A program made the translations under genes and the position numbers. This document shows positions 40,151-54,565 of a stretch of DNA of 64,000 nucleotides, piece by piece (positions within the stretch are counted from its first letter, which is position 1; each line of letters begins with the position of its first letter). The DNA is taken from positions 95,048,001 to 95,112,000 of the forward strand of contig NC_045696.1 of assembly GCF_009834535.1 (NCBI RefSeq), given 5' to 3'. The notes beneath the pieces are model-generated. The model saw only the letters and a program-made list of their open reading frames with translations, was not told the origin of the DNA and searched no databases. The stretch is from Camelus ferus (lineage: Eukaryota).

Positions 40151-42865
40151 ACAAAATTCTGGTCACTCAGATTGTCACTACTGGCTATCCTCTGATGGTG
40201 TTTTAATGGAAATAAGTCTCATATTTGGATGTTCAGAAATGGCACTTCCCCCCTAGTGAAACTGAAGTAATAAAATGCGGGAAGACTGTTAATTATTTCC
40301 ATTTACTCTTGAGTAATCCAGTGTGGGGAAACTATCTTAACATAGATAAACTTGTAATCCACAGCTTTGGAAAGTCACGTCACTCTCTGGTTCTCAATTT
40401 CCAGATCTAGAAAAGAAAGGAGCTGAAAGCTTTTAAAGTCTCTTACCCTCTTTAAACATGTATGGCCTTCAATTTATAAGCCAAGATTCTAATGCATTAA
40501 CAGACGCTGATAAAAAAAAAAAAACTACCAAGGACTTAGAATGTTTGCTGTACTTTGTCTCCACAAGGAATATCTGTTCGAAACCATGGCCATTGGAAAT
40601 CATTCTATCGGAAGGCTAAAGTCAGAACAAAGAAAATTGGACTACTTGAATGGAAAATGTCGTCAGACTAAGGAATAGGCTGGTCTTCCCAGCTCCTCTG
40701 AAAAAACAGAGCTAAAAGTCATCATGTTGCTTATACTGAGTCTGGGGTTGTGCTTAAGGCACTGGTACTTTTTCAGTCATTATCTTTCTCTACTGCCTTC
40801 GGCTTTGCATCTACTTTTTTCTTACATTAAAGCTACATTTGCCCCCTTGAAATTACCCTAAGCAGTGAACTTCACCTAACTTCAACAGCAAAAGCTGACA
40901 TTTTCCTCTACCTAGTTGCCAACTTCTGGGGTGACACCCTGTCTGGAAACTGCAGACCATATGTACTGACAACAAGGAGACTTTGTATAAAGAATCCAAC
41001 TTTTCCTCCCCAGCTCTCTGTGGAGAACAGCACAGGAAGTGTATCTTTTTCATGCATCATGTTTATCTAGTGACCATTCATTGTAAAAACAAATTTATAA
41101 CTGCTGTAATGTGAGTGGGAGATGTCTGGTGGCCATCATGGTGAGAATCATGAATAAAATTGGAAGGAGCACCATGCATTTGGCCTTGATGCTGAGCATT
41201 TTTCATTTAAAGAAACCTCTCCTTAGTTATCTGATTTTTGTCTCTGCAATCTGACTTTTTAACATTGCAACATCTAGACATTTTATAAGGGAGACCAATA
41301 CTAAATTCAACCACGTGTGAAAGATTCTTTAAAACAAGAATAGAAAAATTGGTGGCGGGAGGGGAGAATGATGTGATATTTTATGTGTTTTATAAAGCTC
41401 TCTAATTCTCTGGGAATATGTGAAATTAATTTTGTGTTCCATACCAGCATCAAAATATCAAATGAAATAAAACATAGTAGAACTGCAATAGAATCTCTCA
41501 GACTTTATAAGGCAAAGTATTATGTCTTGAAACTTTTGTTTCAGTTATGTGCATGTATGAATGTTTATGTGTGTGTGCATGTGTGCACTAGTCTGAAAGG
41601 TAAAATGCATTTCTCACTGGGGATTATGGTGATTTCAAAGCCATCACATTATGGATAGACCATCCCTTTTCACACAAGGGTACAGAAAGAGGATGTAGCC
41701 TGATTCCATGATATCACCCTTCCCCAGTGGTCTATAAACCATCCTCAGTAGGTATTCACAAAAACACGCAGTGATCCCAGATCACATAAAGAAGATGCGT
41801 ATGCTATTTTGTATCACAGTTTGCATAAAATTTGTACCCTAGCTACATTTAAAATGCTTTCAATGGCCATTTGAGTTCTGAGGCACAGAAAACTGGCTGA
41901 AAAATGATCTCTTTTTTTTCTTTTAATAATCTTTGTAAATACTCTTTCACCAGCCAGGATTGCAGGGACATATAAAGATCAGTGATAGATCAAGTACAGG
42001 ATAAATCCAATAATTAGTAGAAATAAGTCCCATAGGATCCAGAGAATGAAAGGATCAACCCATCCCAAATGGAGAAAATTTTCCAAAGGAAAGAGCATAG
42101 GAGCCAGGCAGAGAGAAGGGGGTTGTGCTTATTTGGGGGGGGGGGGGGGGGGTGGAGAACAAAGATATGGGGATATTCCTTTCCATCTGATTTATATGAT
42201 AACAAAGGATGAAGAAGATGTCATAAAATGATTTTTAAAGAATATACTTTATAGTGTGTTTCAGTCTACAAATATTTCATTCCATGTTGCCAGCAGATGG
42301 GTGGAAAGGAATGTTACTTGCACTTTGCTAGGCTCCCTGCAAGGAGCTTTATATGTGTGGTTGATTTCCTACCCCTACAGCATCAGACAGTAGGCAGCAC
42401 AATTGCCTTTTATTGGTAAGACAGGTCAGTGAGTGGCTAAGTAACTTCCTCATAGTCACACAGTTTGAAAGTTGGGGAGTTTGACTGCAAATGTAGAGTT
42501 GTCTGTCTTTAAGACAATCTGATTCTTAGGGAAAAAGTTCAATCGGAAAGCTTTCTGGCAAATGGAACTCTATTGCCTGTATTTGAGGGCTGTACTTAGT
42601 AAGAATGCAGCAAACGTCTGTGAAATTTTTGTTTTCCTGTTTTTAAAAGAAGAATGTCTTAAAATTCCCTTCTGTGTCAATCAGTGCCATTTCCGAAGTC
42701 GTGGCTTCAGATATCCAAGTGATTATTTCTTGGATATTACCAACATCAAGGAAAGTTAAAAGAGGTGAGTGAAAGGCATCCTCTCCCATTGGGTTCACAA
42801 TTCACATTTTATCATAGGATTTATTTTGAGAGAAACATGATACAGTGTTTTAAGATGTAAAACTG

Positions 42866-43085
42866 AGAGTTCAAGATTTGCAGATAGTAACTACTATATA
42901 TAAAATAGATAAACAACAAGTTTCTTCTGTATGGCACAGGGAACTATATTCAATACCTTATAGTAACTTATAATGAAAAAGAATATGAAAATGAATATAT
43001 GTGTGTATATGTGTGACTGAAATAGTGTGCTGTACACCAGAAATTGACACATTGTAAACTGACTGTACTTCAATTAAAAAAAAAG
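42866..43085 (+). mobile_element. Short young L1 3' end with poly(A)
   Basis: 'actactatatataaaatagataaacaacaagtttcttctgtatggcacagggaactatattcaa...aactgactgtacttcaattaaaaaaaaa'. Confidence 0.88.
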
Positions 43086-44109
43086 GATATTTTGAAAACA
43101 CCTAAGATTAAATGAAGCAGACATTTTATTTGGTTACTGCTTTGGGAGTCAGTTAATATTTTTCAGTTAAAGTGATAGTTTTTTTGTTTTTTTATTCCAT
43201 TTAACAAAGAAATCTCTACTTGTCTCAAAAGACTAGAAGAGATCCTCTTGAAACTGGGAGAGCCACCACACTGGGACATGTTGTGACTTGACTTTGGATG
43301 TAAGGGGAGTCAAGTGACTGAAAGTAGCCCATATACTTTCTTTTGAATGTTGAGTATGATGTGTGTTTGACTCTGAGTTGTTTCAAAATTTGTTTGCACC
43401 CACTATTTTGACAAGAATGTTCTTCTCCACAATTTTATCATTTTATCAAAACTTAGCCAATATAGCTAATATTTATTGAGTGTTAATTCTGTGCTAGATA
43501 CTGGTTGGAGTGAAGTTTATAATTTAAACTCTAACACAAATCTATGTGATAGATACTCTTGATATTCTTTTTATGATTAAGTGATAATAAGCTATAAATT
43601 TGGGTTTGTACCCAGGCAGTCTTATTTTGACACCAAAGCTTTGAAGCAAACATCTTCCATAGTGCTTTTCAAACTAGATTCTAGGGGACAGAAGCTCTGC
43701 AAGATATTAATAGTTATTTTTCAAAATCAGATTTCAAGGTCTGAGAAGTTCACCAATGCATGAAAGCTTACGGTACAACTTTGCAAAAAATTTAATATGG
43801 TGATAGGCATTGTGAATTTTCAAGAAAGAATACTGCATGCAGTGTTCCTCAAACATATTATGTACATATGTGTATGTGTGCATAAGTGTATATATGTGTG
43901 TGTGTGCATATATGTGTAATCTTATTTATACAACATTATATAAATTATAAATAATTATATACATATATATATATTTCAGGACACTAATAAGGAAGCACAG
44001 GTTTACACTCATCACAGTGTTTAAACTAGTGAGGTGTTAAATTGACTCTAGCACACCTATCTCTAAATGTAATGTACCTCAACAATGAATAGTAAGCTCC
44101 TAAATTGTA

Positions 44110-44208
44110 TAGAGTACAGCATAAAAAGAGAGCATTTTGATAGTCCTCCAAATGCAACATAAAACTGATAGTAAAATCACAAGTATTTTAGAGTACAGCA
44201 TAAAAAGA
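44110..44208. repeat. Perfect 20-bp direct repeat around a 59-bp spacer
   Basis: tagagtacagcataaaaaga at 44110-44129 and 44189-44208. Confidence 0.92.
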
Positions 44209-44889
44209 AAGTTCGCAGCCCAGGTTTCATAGGATCTAACACTCAAAGGCGTTAACAAGCACTGACTAAGAATAGTTGTCTACTTCAAAGCATCAGAATT
44301 ATAATGGCCCTTACCACACTTTCTAGTCAGCCCTCTTACTCCAAGAAGGGTTATACAGAAATTTTGAAGACACATTGTTGATTTTTCAGAAATTTGTTTA
44401 GTAACAAAAAATATGTAGGTTCAATTTTTAAACGCTTTCCTGAGTTATAATGACCTTGACACACACAAAAAGTGGCTCTTAGTTGTAAAACTAATGTCCT
44501 GCTTCTTTTTCCTCCAGTTCTGTTTTCAGAGCGATGTTTTGGATCCCTGCCTTTAGAACGGGGGAAGAGTCGGCCCCAGTTCTATCAGAAGTTATCTCCA
44601 TAATAGTAACAATGCAGAAGTTTGAACACAGCATTCTATAAAGTGCTTTATGATAATAAGAGTAAATATTGTGTCAAATTACATAATCTACACAGTACAG
44701 CCACAATGCATGTACACTGAGGTACACACACACCACTCACACACACACACTGAGACATGCACTTACATGTGCACAGTGTTCCTTGATATTTTTGCCCTGT
44801 GACTGATCTAAGAAAATGTATCATGGTCTGCTAACATCCGCAGCAGCCTCCTTTAACTGAGAGATGTGTGCTGTCAATACTATAGAACA

Positions 44890-45075
44890 TTGAGGATTCA
44901 GGAGACTTAGGTTCTAGTTTGACTTTAAAAATTATTGAGCCTTTGTCCTTTGGGCAACTCATTTACTATATCTGTGACTTCGTTTTCTCATCTGTGAAAT
45001 GGGGTTAAGTAAAACTGTGCTATGACTCCATTGATTGGTGTAAGGATCAAAGTAAAATATGTGTGTGAAGTTGCC
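44890..45075 (+). mobile_element. MIR SINE
   Basis: 'ttcaggagacttaggttctag...ctttgggcaactcattt...ttttctcatctgtgaaatggg'. Confidence 0.7.
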
Positions 45076-45127
45076 TGGGTCCTATTTTTATATTTTCAAC
45101 TTCTCTCCTCATTATGTTTATATTCTC

Positions 45128-45342
45128 TACTAACTACTATATATAAACTAGATAAACAGCAAGTTTCTTCTGTATAGCACAGGGAACTATATTCAGTATC
45201 GTACAGTATCCTATAGTGAAATAGAATATGAAAAGGAATATATGTATGTATATGGATGACTGAAACATGCTGTACACCAGAAATTGACACAACATTAAAT
45301 ACGGTTTATATGTTAATTAAAAATGGTTTAAATAAATAAATA
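45128..45342 (+). mobile_element. Short young L1 3' end
   Basis: Close copy of 42890-43080 ('tgtatagcacagggaactatattcag...gctgtacaccagaaattgacaca'). Confidence 0.85.
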
Positions 45343-45344
45343 CT

Positions 45345-46140
45345 TTTTTTCTAGTTATGGGTCACATTTTCCTGCTTATCATGTCCAATGATGTTTTGAT
45401 TGAATGTTGGACATTGTTGCTGCTGCATTGTCGAATGTTTGGATTATCTTGTCTTTCTTAAAGAATATTTCGGCAGACAGTTAAGTTGCAGATCAGTTTA
45501 ATCACTTCGAGTCTTTCTTTTAAGACTTGTTAGGGGAGGTTTTGAGCAGCTTTCCCTCCAGAGTTAATTTAGCTCTGCTTCGAAGGCATGACCCTGTGGG
45601 GTCTCCACTGAATGCACCTAGGTGATGACTGGGGACTCTTTACTATGATTGGTTGGTGCTCAGAGGACATTCTGACTTCTGTGAGCCCAGGAATTACTAT
45701 GCTTATGACTCCCAGATTGCTCTTTGACATCGTAGAGTTTTACTCTCACATGCACGCAGTATACTCAACAAAGTGATTTCAATCAAGATTTCTGGAGCTT
45801 TTTTGTTGTTTTTTTGGTATCTCTGTCCTTTCTGTAACTCTTTCCTGCAACTTTCAGCCACCTCGGCCTCTTTGAACTTCCATTTCTGGCTCCACAACTC
45901 CCTAAGACCATTGAACTGTCTTTGAGTTTCCCACTCCAACGACTAGTGTATAAATATTGCCTCGAGGCAGGAAGCTAGGGAGATTGTAAGGCTTCTGTAA
46001 ATTTTTTCCTTTCTCTTAAGGATCACAGTTCCAGGTTATCTGTTGCCTAAAATCTAAAAATAGTTATTTTATGTATTTCATCCAGTTTTCTGTGCAGGAG
46101 GTTGAGCCTGGTCCTTGTTATTAAAATGGCAAGAAATGGG
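45345..46140 (-). mobile_element. Old L1 5'-region remnant (L1M4/L1MD-like)
   Basis: 'ttatgggtcacattttcctgctt...tttgattgaatgttggacattg' and 'tctcttaaggatcacagt...atttcatccagttttc'. Confidence 0.55.
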
Positions 46141-47979
46141 AGTTTCTGTGCAAAGGTGCTTTGACCTCTTTAAAGCATTATATTTTTTACATTCTCACTC
46201 CGTTCAATTATTTTCTTCCTAAATTTTTAAAGCAATATATTCCTTAGGTGGATTGGCAGTGGGGTGGTGTGTGTGTGAGAGAGAGAGAGAGAGCAAGCCA
46301 GAGAGCAATCAAGAAAAGAGAGAGAGAAGAGAGAAGGGTATCTAGCATGTTGTGGAAAACTACGATTTTTATTTTCTTCCCTGCAACTTTCAGGATTTGG
46401 CTTTTGAGTGGTAGATTTTTATCTTTACTTTAATAGTTTTACATTGTTTTAATAAGAGTTATAAACATTAGCACCAAAATTGTCATTTCATGCATTACAT
46501 TGCCTAGGAAATGACTAAATAAAAAGGTGATTTTAAAGCAAAATATTAAGTCAATCATCGCAGACATAAAAAACAAACTTGTGAAGTGGTATACAGCTGA
46601 CCCATCTGCAGGCATCCTTTACACCACAGAAGGACTAGATAAAGTGAGAAAGCAGAAGAGTAAAATACTCAGACATTTTTGTGTCTGATTCAACACTGCT
46701 TTTCTTCTGTTTGGACATTCTGTCTCCCCCAAATGCATTCATATTATTATTGCCCCCTTTAGGGGTCCTCCTGTACTTGAACTGGCTAATGGAAGGCATG
46801 CAGTATCTGAAATCAGCAATATGTTACTGGTAAAATCCACTTCCGTCGGGAACATACAGATACGAGCCTAATCTCAAACCTCTACACTTTTCCTTGCTCT
46901 TGACAAATTACACGCTTCTTCTACCTATTAAGAGAGGGAAAGGGGACCCATGAAGAACTCTTTAAATAGGCTACTAAAATTTAATAAAAAAGAAGTGAGG
47001 ACATTTTGGACAGAGGAAAGTAGAAGTTTACGTTAAAAATTCCTATTTTACATTTGCTTATGCTGTGATTGTGTTAGAGTTCACGAGGCAGACGCCATCA
47101 TTATGAGTTAATTTGATGAGCCAGTTAACACAGAGGAAACGAACTGAGTGAATTTAGAACCTGTGACCACGTTAGTCTAAGTCTAGGTCTGCACATCTGC
47201 CTCCTTTTGCTTTAAGGCAAAAGCGTAGGGTTGTTGATTTTCAGATTATTTAATCGTCCCAGATGTTTTCATGAAACCTGGTGATTTTAGCCAGTAACAC
47301 TGGGAAGGCAGCTTCTCTGCAATCTGATGAACAATGGTGGAAAAAACCTAAAGAGACAACTTGTTTTAAATACAGTCAGTAGCTCTGTAAATCCACAGTT
47401 ACGTTGAGTTCCAAGGCTTTGAGACCAAGTCAACAAAGATCAAAGCTACAAGAAGTTCTCTTTCACCCTGTTTCTCTGCATCCTCATTCCGTCCCTCTCA
47501 GTGTACAATTTCTTCGGAGCCTGGGACGCTAGAGACCCTTGACTGACCCTTTTAGCACAGAGCAGTTGTGAGAAAACATCTCGTCAAATCATGCTGTGAG
47601 TTAAAAAAAGTGAAATTCTGCCAAGTGGTTGTCGAATGTCTTATAAGAAAAATTGAGTGCTTAGTAACTCCCTATAGGGATGCCAATCAAACATGCAAAT
47701 TAAAAAATTAAAGATGCACTGATCCTTCTAAACAGGAAAAATACTGATACATAACGGTGCAAACTACAATGCTTATGAAGCGATCTGCTCTCTTCTGGAA
47801 GAAATAAGTACCCACTGAGACAAGCACAGGCTCCTACAAGTGGAGGAACCTTAGAAAAGAGGGCAAACTAGAGGTCGTAGGGGAGGGAATGGCCGTGACT
47901 TTATTTCTTCATGTCTTCTTTGTTAAAGTGTTGGAACCCTCCCCCTAAAACAGGAAGCAACTAGGATCAAGGTTGATGT

Positions 47980-47998
47980 TAGCCACCAGGTGGCAGTG
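47980..47998 (+). promoter_or_regulatory. CTCF-like binding motif
   Basis: 'tagccaccaggtggcagtg' matches the CTCF core CCACCAGGTGGCAG. Confidence 0.6.
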
Positions 47999-50900
47999 AT
48001 GCCTCAGTAACGTTGTTTTAACAAGGAGGCCAATTTGCCCTTCTTTCTCTCTCTCACCCCCAGATTCATTAGCATCACTTTTCCATATTTATAACTGTTG
48101 CTGGTGGAGTCATGGGTTCCATTTATGACCTCACTCATTTTCATCCTTCCCTCCTAAGAGGAAAACATAACCCCCATTTAACTAACTTTAACTTCTCTTA
48201 GGCTCTTTATACCCTGTATAATTTCTAAGGATTTTCTTCAGTTTCATTTCTGTCTGCCTTTTATTCTATTTTCAGCTTCTTTCTTTCCCCATTTGTCCTC
48301 CCTAGCATCATCTGCAAACACGCCCAGAAATCTTCCCAGAATTCCACGCAGCCAAGCATTAAGAGCAACCGTGGACGTTTCTCTGGGCTTTCCCTCTTCA
48401 CCTCATCCTTCTTCTGCACCACAGGGAGACTTCTCTGAGAAAAGCAAGATGGACTGTGTACTTTAAGTTTCCTGTTCCTGCCCCTGCCAAATCATGTCTT
48501 CTGCCTCACAGAAGCAGAAAAAGAAAGCAAAGCTACTGAGCATGAATAAATCCCTTGTGATTTTTGTCTTTCCTTAACAGACGTTTCTGCAAATTTGCCT
48601 TCAGGGATGTTGAGCTTTGAGAATTTCTTCATCCTATTCCTTCGTTTTGCTTCTTCCACTTGGGGGTAAAGGAAGGCCACGCAGAAGGATGCCTTCTTTA
48701 ATGAGAGGTTACTGCCACCATCCACCTCAGACATAAACTGCCTCAGCTAAAGCAACTGTGCTTCTATAGAGAATCAAGCATGAAACCAAAAATACAGCTG
48801 GAGGTTAACTTGGAAATGATCTTGACAAAGCATCTGAAACCTTTCTCAGAGGAAGGGTCCACATACGTATTTTCTAGAGCCTCTGATTGAAGAAGGTGGG
48901 CTTTGGAAGGGCTTTACCAGAATCAGAGTCTGACCCTGGGGCAGGGGGAAAATGTAACTGTCAATTATATTTCCTTCCCAGCAGAAGATCTGCTCAAGAC
49001 AGAGGCGCTGGATTATGGAGAAGAGCATTGTATGTGATGGCAGTAACTGCCAAGGAATCTCTTAGGTATTTTCAGTTTCTTGGATGGAGACTATGTCATT
49101 GGTTAGAGAATCATGAGCCAAATGCTCATGTATCTGAAAAATTAATCCTTGAAGGAGATGCATGTGCTTCCCAAGGTTATGTACCTAGTAGGGGAGGAGA
49201 ATTCAGATTTCTGGAACACAGACTGCCCATCTGTACAATGGAGTTATTAAATGCTCCTAGGTAGGAGCATGGTAAGGAAGAAACAGCGTGCAATCCATCT
49301 GCATAAAATGGAATGCTAAGGAGGGGATCAGTGCACAGCACTTCCCTGTGTGATAAGTAACAAGTGGTTATAATATAAACATACACTTAGAGTAAAACAG
49401 GTTGGTGTTGAAATTCTGCTTACCTCTCTTACCAACTCTAGGTTTTTGACTTTTTAAATTTAGCTTTATTCTCTATTAAATGGAAATATAATAGCACCTA
49501 CATTACGGGGAGGGTCCTTTTTAAAGATGTATTGGTCATGTCTGCTGTGCAATGAATGTTCAATGGATTGTATCTATTAATATTATATTATTAGGAATAT
49601 TTTAAAGTAAAATTAATGAATCATATCTAAACAACTAGAAAGAGAGAAGTAAGCTGTTAGAGCTGTGTTTTAAGCTGGGCATGGAATTGATCATTAAATG
49701 CTCTAGGGCATATTATCTACATACTATTTCCTTCTCTAGAAGAAATTTATCTCTAGAGAAATTTGAGCATTAATGGAATAATTTACTCTTATTTTGGCAA
49801 GAGGAGTGTTACTTAAGATGGTTAGGTGATGAAGGTTGCTAGATTTAATTATTTAATACATTAATTATTTCATGTACATCCTACAAGTCTTTTCACTCTA
49901 TTACTATTTTAAAATGCACTTAATTCCACTCAAGGACTTGATTTTAAAAAATAGTAACTAAGAACACTTTAAAGTAATAAAAGTAATGATATTTCTTATT
50001 TTTAATTAAAAAATTCAGAGTCAGAGGCTGTTTGATTTTTTTTATGCTTTAGCACTTAATAAGTACATATTTTAAGTTTACCCCCCTAAAATGACTGAAT
50101 TTGGCAGTAATTAGAAAAATATTCAGTTAGCATGGCAGTGTCCAGATAGGATCACCAAATACCCAGTCTGTATTCAGGCTGTAGCTGAAATACTTTGGGT
50201 GTAAGATAAATAATTTCCTTACAGTAATGACAAGTTAAGCAATAAAAACTGATTTGGAGACAGAAGTGGCCAGGACATTACCAACACATCCAGTCTTGGA
50301 AAATTTAAAGAATGTAATTTTCTCATTTAGAAAGAAAACATTAAAATGGCATTGAACTCTAAACATAATGCATTTGTGCACATCTGCAAACTAAATTTAT
50401 CTTTTGTGCTTTGTTCATGTTCAGAATTCAATTACAATTCACTTCATTGTTATCACCCCTTCTAGAGAATCAGAAATTAAATTTTGCCCTTAGCTGCCCT
50501 CATGGTCATTAATCACTATGGAAATAAAAACTCATTTCAATCACGATACCTCAAAATACAATCCTGTGAATCAAATTGGGGAGGTCTTTTGAACAGATAT
50601 ATGTAGTTTAAATCATGGGAAATAAGATATATGTCTGTGACACTAAGTTGGCTCTGAGAAAGAAAAAAATAAATTATTTTTCACTTCTTTGCAAAGCTTC
50701 TGACAACCTATACGTTTAACACCATATACATAAAATGTTAAGGAACAAAGAACATGCTTGAGCATGAAATACACATTTTATTTTATAAGGAAACTAATTT
50801 ATTGCATATATATATATATACCTTGGCCTTTAAGGGTAAAAACTCTAAAAGTGTAAATCTATTCTCCTACTGCAAAAGATCTCTCTCTCTCTCCCTTTCT

Positions 50901-51689
50901 CTGTTTCTATAAAAGAAAGCTGAAAACCCTAAGTTCAACACAATGAAAATAGAACAGCAAGTCAGAACACAGCTATCTTATTCATAAAAACATACAAGAT
51001 ACAGATCAGACGTTGCTTATAATGGTAGGCATATTTTTGGCTTCACAAAAAATAATAATAGGAGAATCACGATTTTTAGAGCTGTTTAAGTGAATAGTAG
51101 CATGCCACCACCACATTCTATCTTTTGCGTTCTTATTCTTGGCTAGCTCGTCATTTCTTTTTCCTGGGCAAAAATGTGCGTGCTACAAAGTCCCAAGTAT
51201 CAGATCAGATTGTTCTAGATCTAGCCCCATTAAGGGCTTTCTATCTTGAGAAGCCATTATATGGAAACTATATTAAAAATGAGCACATAAAAATAACTTT
51301 CTAAATAGGGGTTTCTAACGCTAAGCAAAGTGTGTTAGTGGTGCTTCTGTTTCCTTTTAAGAAGGAGGTGGTGTCAGTTTAACTTCATGATTATAAAACC
51401 TACATCTTTTCAGAAGAGGAAGCCAGAAATAAATAGAAAAAGCCGTAAAAGTAAATGAAAAAATACTGGGTAAAGTTGAAAACTAACATCATGATCATAG
51501 TGTCACTTCAGAATTCACAGCTTCTTGGGCTAACCCAAATCATGGGTTGTGTCTTCTGAAGTGCCCTCCTAAATTTCCCACTTCCTGACCTTTCTGTCTT
51601 TCTCTGCATCCTGCTAATTAAAGCGATAAAGCCATTCTGCTGCTCACTTGGATGTTTGAAGTAAAGAAGAAAATAAGTCTAGCTGATTT

Positions 51690-52180
51690 TATTTAACAAT
51701 TCATTTAACCAGTCTCTGGAGATCCTACTCTGTGCTAGGGACAGAGTTCTGGGGGGATCATGGTAAAGCGAATGTCCCTACTCTCTTTCAGTTCTGGTAG
51801 GGGCAGACAGACAACAAACTCGTCATGTGCAAGGTGGTGATTCAGGGGTTTAAAGAAAACTAATACAAGGGAACTTAAGAAAGTGATGGAAGACGAGAAG
51901 ACCCTATTTTAAACCATCTACTCCAGAGAGACTTCTCTAATAAGGTGATAGGAACAGAAAACTGAGGGAGCTTAGGGAGGAAATTGAGTGGCTGTATCTG
52001 AGGACAAGAGTTCCAGGCACAGGATATAACAACTGCAAAGTCATCGAGACAGGAACATGCCTGGTATGCTTGAGAGTGGTGGGAGCTACTGAGAGCTAGG
52101 AGATGGGTAGGGCAGGATGTCTGAAAGGGGGCAAAACAAAGGAGACTTGGGTTTGTGTTCTCATAAGGTAAGGGGGTGGG
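51690..52180 (-). mobile_element. L2a 3' region
   Basis: 'cctactctgtgctaggg...ggggcagacagacaacaaa...gagttccaggcacagg..aacaactgcaaag'. Confidence 0.75.
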
Positions 52181-52198
52181 GTTCACGTCCTAACTGAC

Positions 52199-52352
52199 TT
52201 TTTTTTTAAAAATTGAAGTATAGTCAATTTACAATAATATGTCAATTTCTGGTGTACGGCCTAATGTTTCAGTCATATGTATACATACATGTATTCGTTT
52301 TCACGTTCTTTTTCATTATAGGTTGCTACAAGATATTGAATATAGTTCCTGG
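52199..52352 (-). mobile_element. Short young L1 3' end with probable TSD
   Basis: Poly(T) followed by 'ttgaagtatagtcaatttacaat...gtcaatttctggtgtac'; flanks ctaactgact / ctaacttact. Confidence 0.85.
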
Positions 52353-53639
52353 GCTAACTTACTGTTTTACGGGGAGAATAATTAAGCATTGCACTTCTTC
52401 TGTCCCCACAGGTAGTAATCAATGCAGATACAGAATCAGCCTTGTTTTGGTCTTCACACCCAAGCTCTGCACACCTGGGCAGGTGTGGAGGGAAGCTCCT
52501 CTGGGCCAGTAAGAAGCTCTGTACTTATGTGGTTGTAGGAGAGGCTGGCTCTGCCATCTTATTTGCCTTTAAAAATCTTTTCTGACACTTTCCAATGGTT
52601 TTATGACCAATGTGGGTTTTTTGTATTCCCGAGACCCAAACCCAACCAAATGTGACCATTCAGTGATACAGCTGACATTTTAGGTCCAGATATATTTTCA
52701 TCAAAATAAATAGAATCATTTGACCTTCTCTGGATGGATTTTAAGGAGGCGATCAACAATAAGCATAAATGAAATCTTTGTTATGACAAAATAAACCAAA
52801 ATATTATTACCCGTAATTCTTTCTTTGGTTGGCCAGTTCCTTGAAAGCATCTTTGTTTCCCTGATGGCCGAAGTCAGTGAGACACCGCTGAAATTATAAC
52901 ACAAACAATGACCTAGTGAAATGAAGAAAGATTTCTGTTAAATTGTAGCAGTATCTGTGAACGTGGAGAAAAAAAGAATTTCAGATCTATTTCTCTCCCT
53001 CAAAACACTGAAATGAATGTTTCTCCCAAGATGGCAGTCTAAAAGATGTATGTCCATCATAGCTTTATCCTAAAAGCACTTGAACATGTGTTAAATTGAC
53101 TAAAGAGTCAAGAGGGAAAAATCATCTCTCAGTGCTCCTCAGAGAAAATACACAGGGAATGAAACTTATGAGTCACACCTTTCTTCAACTTCTTCCAGTG
53201 ATAAGATTTTACAAAGAATGAATTTCGAATGAAAGTGTAGCCACATTTACTATGTTTCAGTAACTTTTAGTGTAAATGCAGGCGCTCATCTAACTACAAG
53301 CATTATTTTTTTAATTTAACTATGGAACAGTAGAATGAGACTGTGACAGATATTTGTGGGAGAGGCTGGAATGAATCCTTCCTTTGCTGGTAGTAATCTT
53401 GTGATCCTGATTAAATTTCTTGTCACCTTTGAACCTACACTTCTTCCAAAGTACACGAACAATAATATATATAATTTTAGTATTGTTATGAGAATTAAGT
53501 GAGTCATGTGCTACCACTTAATCATTAGTTAATATAGGAGGGCAATAAATATTAGTTCCTTCATCTGCTTCTAAGGGTGACCTTTAGGTACTGCTTAAAA
53601 TTCTCATATAAAAGTGTAGAAAGAAAGCACAAATCACCT

Positions 53640-54565
53640 TGTAATTGAAAACAACCCAGTGGATCTCTTTGTGTATGTCTTTCTTTCCTGTGTGTCTCCT
53701 TTATAATCACATGGAAGACTTCACTTCTGATACTGATGGTCACCAAATGTGTGGGGGTTTTCCCCACAATAAGCAATTTTCTGTGACACCAGCTGGCTGT
53801 CCTACAACTTAATTCTACCACTATCTACCTGGTGGGAGTATCAGATCCCACAAGTTAAAGACACAGTCTCTCAAGACTGCTCCCACCCTACTTCAGATGC
53901 CAATCACAGGTCGTAGTCCCCAGGTTACCCACAACTTGCCTACAAATGGAAGTTTCCCATGACCCACTCCTTAGGTTCAATTGGTTTTCTAGAGCAGCTC
54001 ACAGAACTCAAGGAAACACTTAGTTATATTTCCCAGTTTATTTAAGTTATGATAAAGGATACAGATGAACATGTCAGATGAAGAGAAACATGAGATGAGG
54101 TCTGGGAAGGTCCCAGCGCAGGAGTGTCTGTCCCCGTGGAGTTGGGGTGTACCACCCTCCTGGTGTGGGTGTGTTCACCTGCCTGGAAGTGCTCTGAAAC
54201 ATGTGCTGTTGGGATCTTATGGAGGCTTCTTCACATAAGCAGGGTCAACTCTTAACACCATTTCCAGGCCCACTACCCTATCTGGAGGATGGGGTGAGGC
54301 TGAAAATACCAAGCCTCTAATCATGGCATAGCCTTTCTGTGACCATCCCCACACCAGGAGCTCACCCAGAGTCAACTCAGTAGATAAAAAGTACTTCTAG
54401 TGCTCTTATCACTTAGGAATTTACAAGGGTTTGGAGAGCCCTGTGTCAGGGAAGGGATCAAGGACAAATACTAGAACAAGAGATATTCTGGTATTCTTAT
54501 CTCACAAGAAATTACAAGGGTTTTAGGAGCTCTGTGCCAGGAACCAGGGGCAGAGACTGACATAA
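53640..54565 (-). mobile_element. MER21-like LTR
   Basis: 'caccaaatgtgtgggggttttcccc...gacaccagctggctgtcctacaa...ataaaggatacagatgaac...ttttaggagctctgtgccaggaaccaggggcagagac'. Confidence 0.85.

Noticed and set aside
42135..42155. Poly-G tract encoding poly-Gly or poly-Pro
   Set aside because: A simple homopolymer with no coding context.
44110..44208. CRISPR-like repeat-spacer-repeat
   Set aside because: Only two copies, no cas genes, mammalian context.
54395..54540. Internal direct repeat 'tcttatc...ttacaagggttt..ag..ctgtg'
   Set aside because: Lies within the MER21-like LTR and appears to be an intrinsic family feature.
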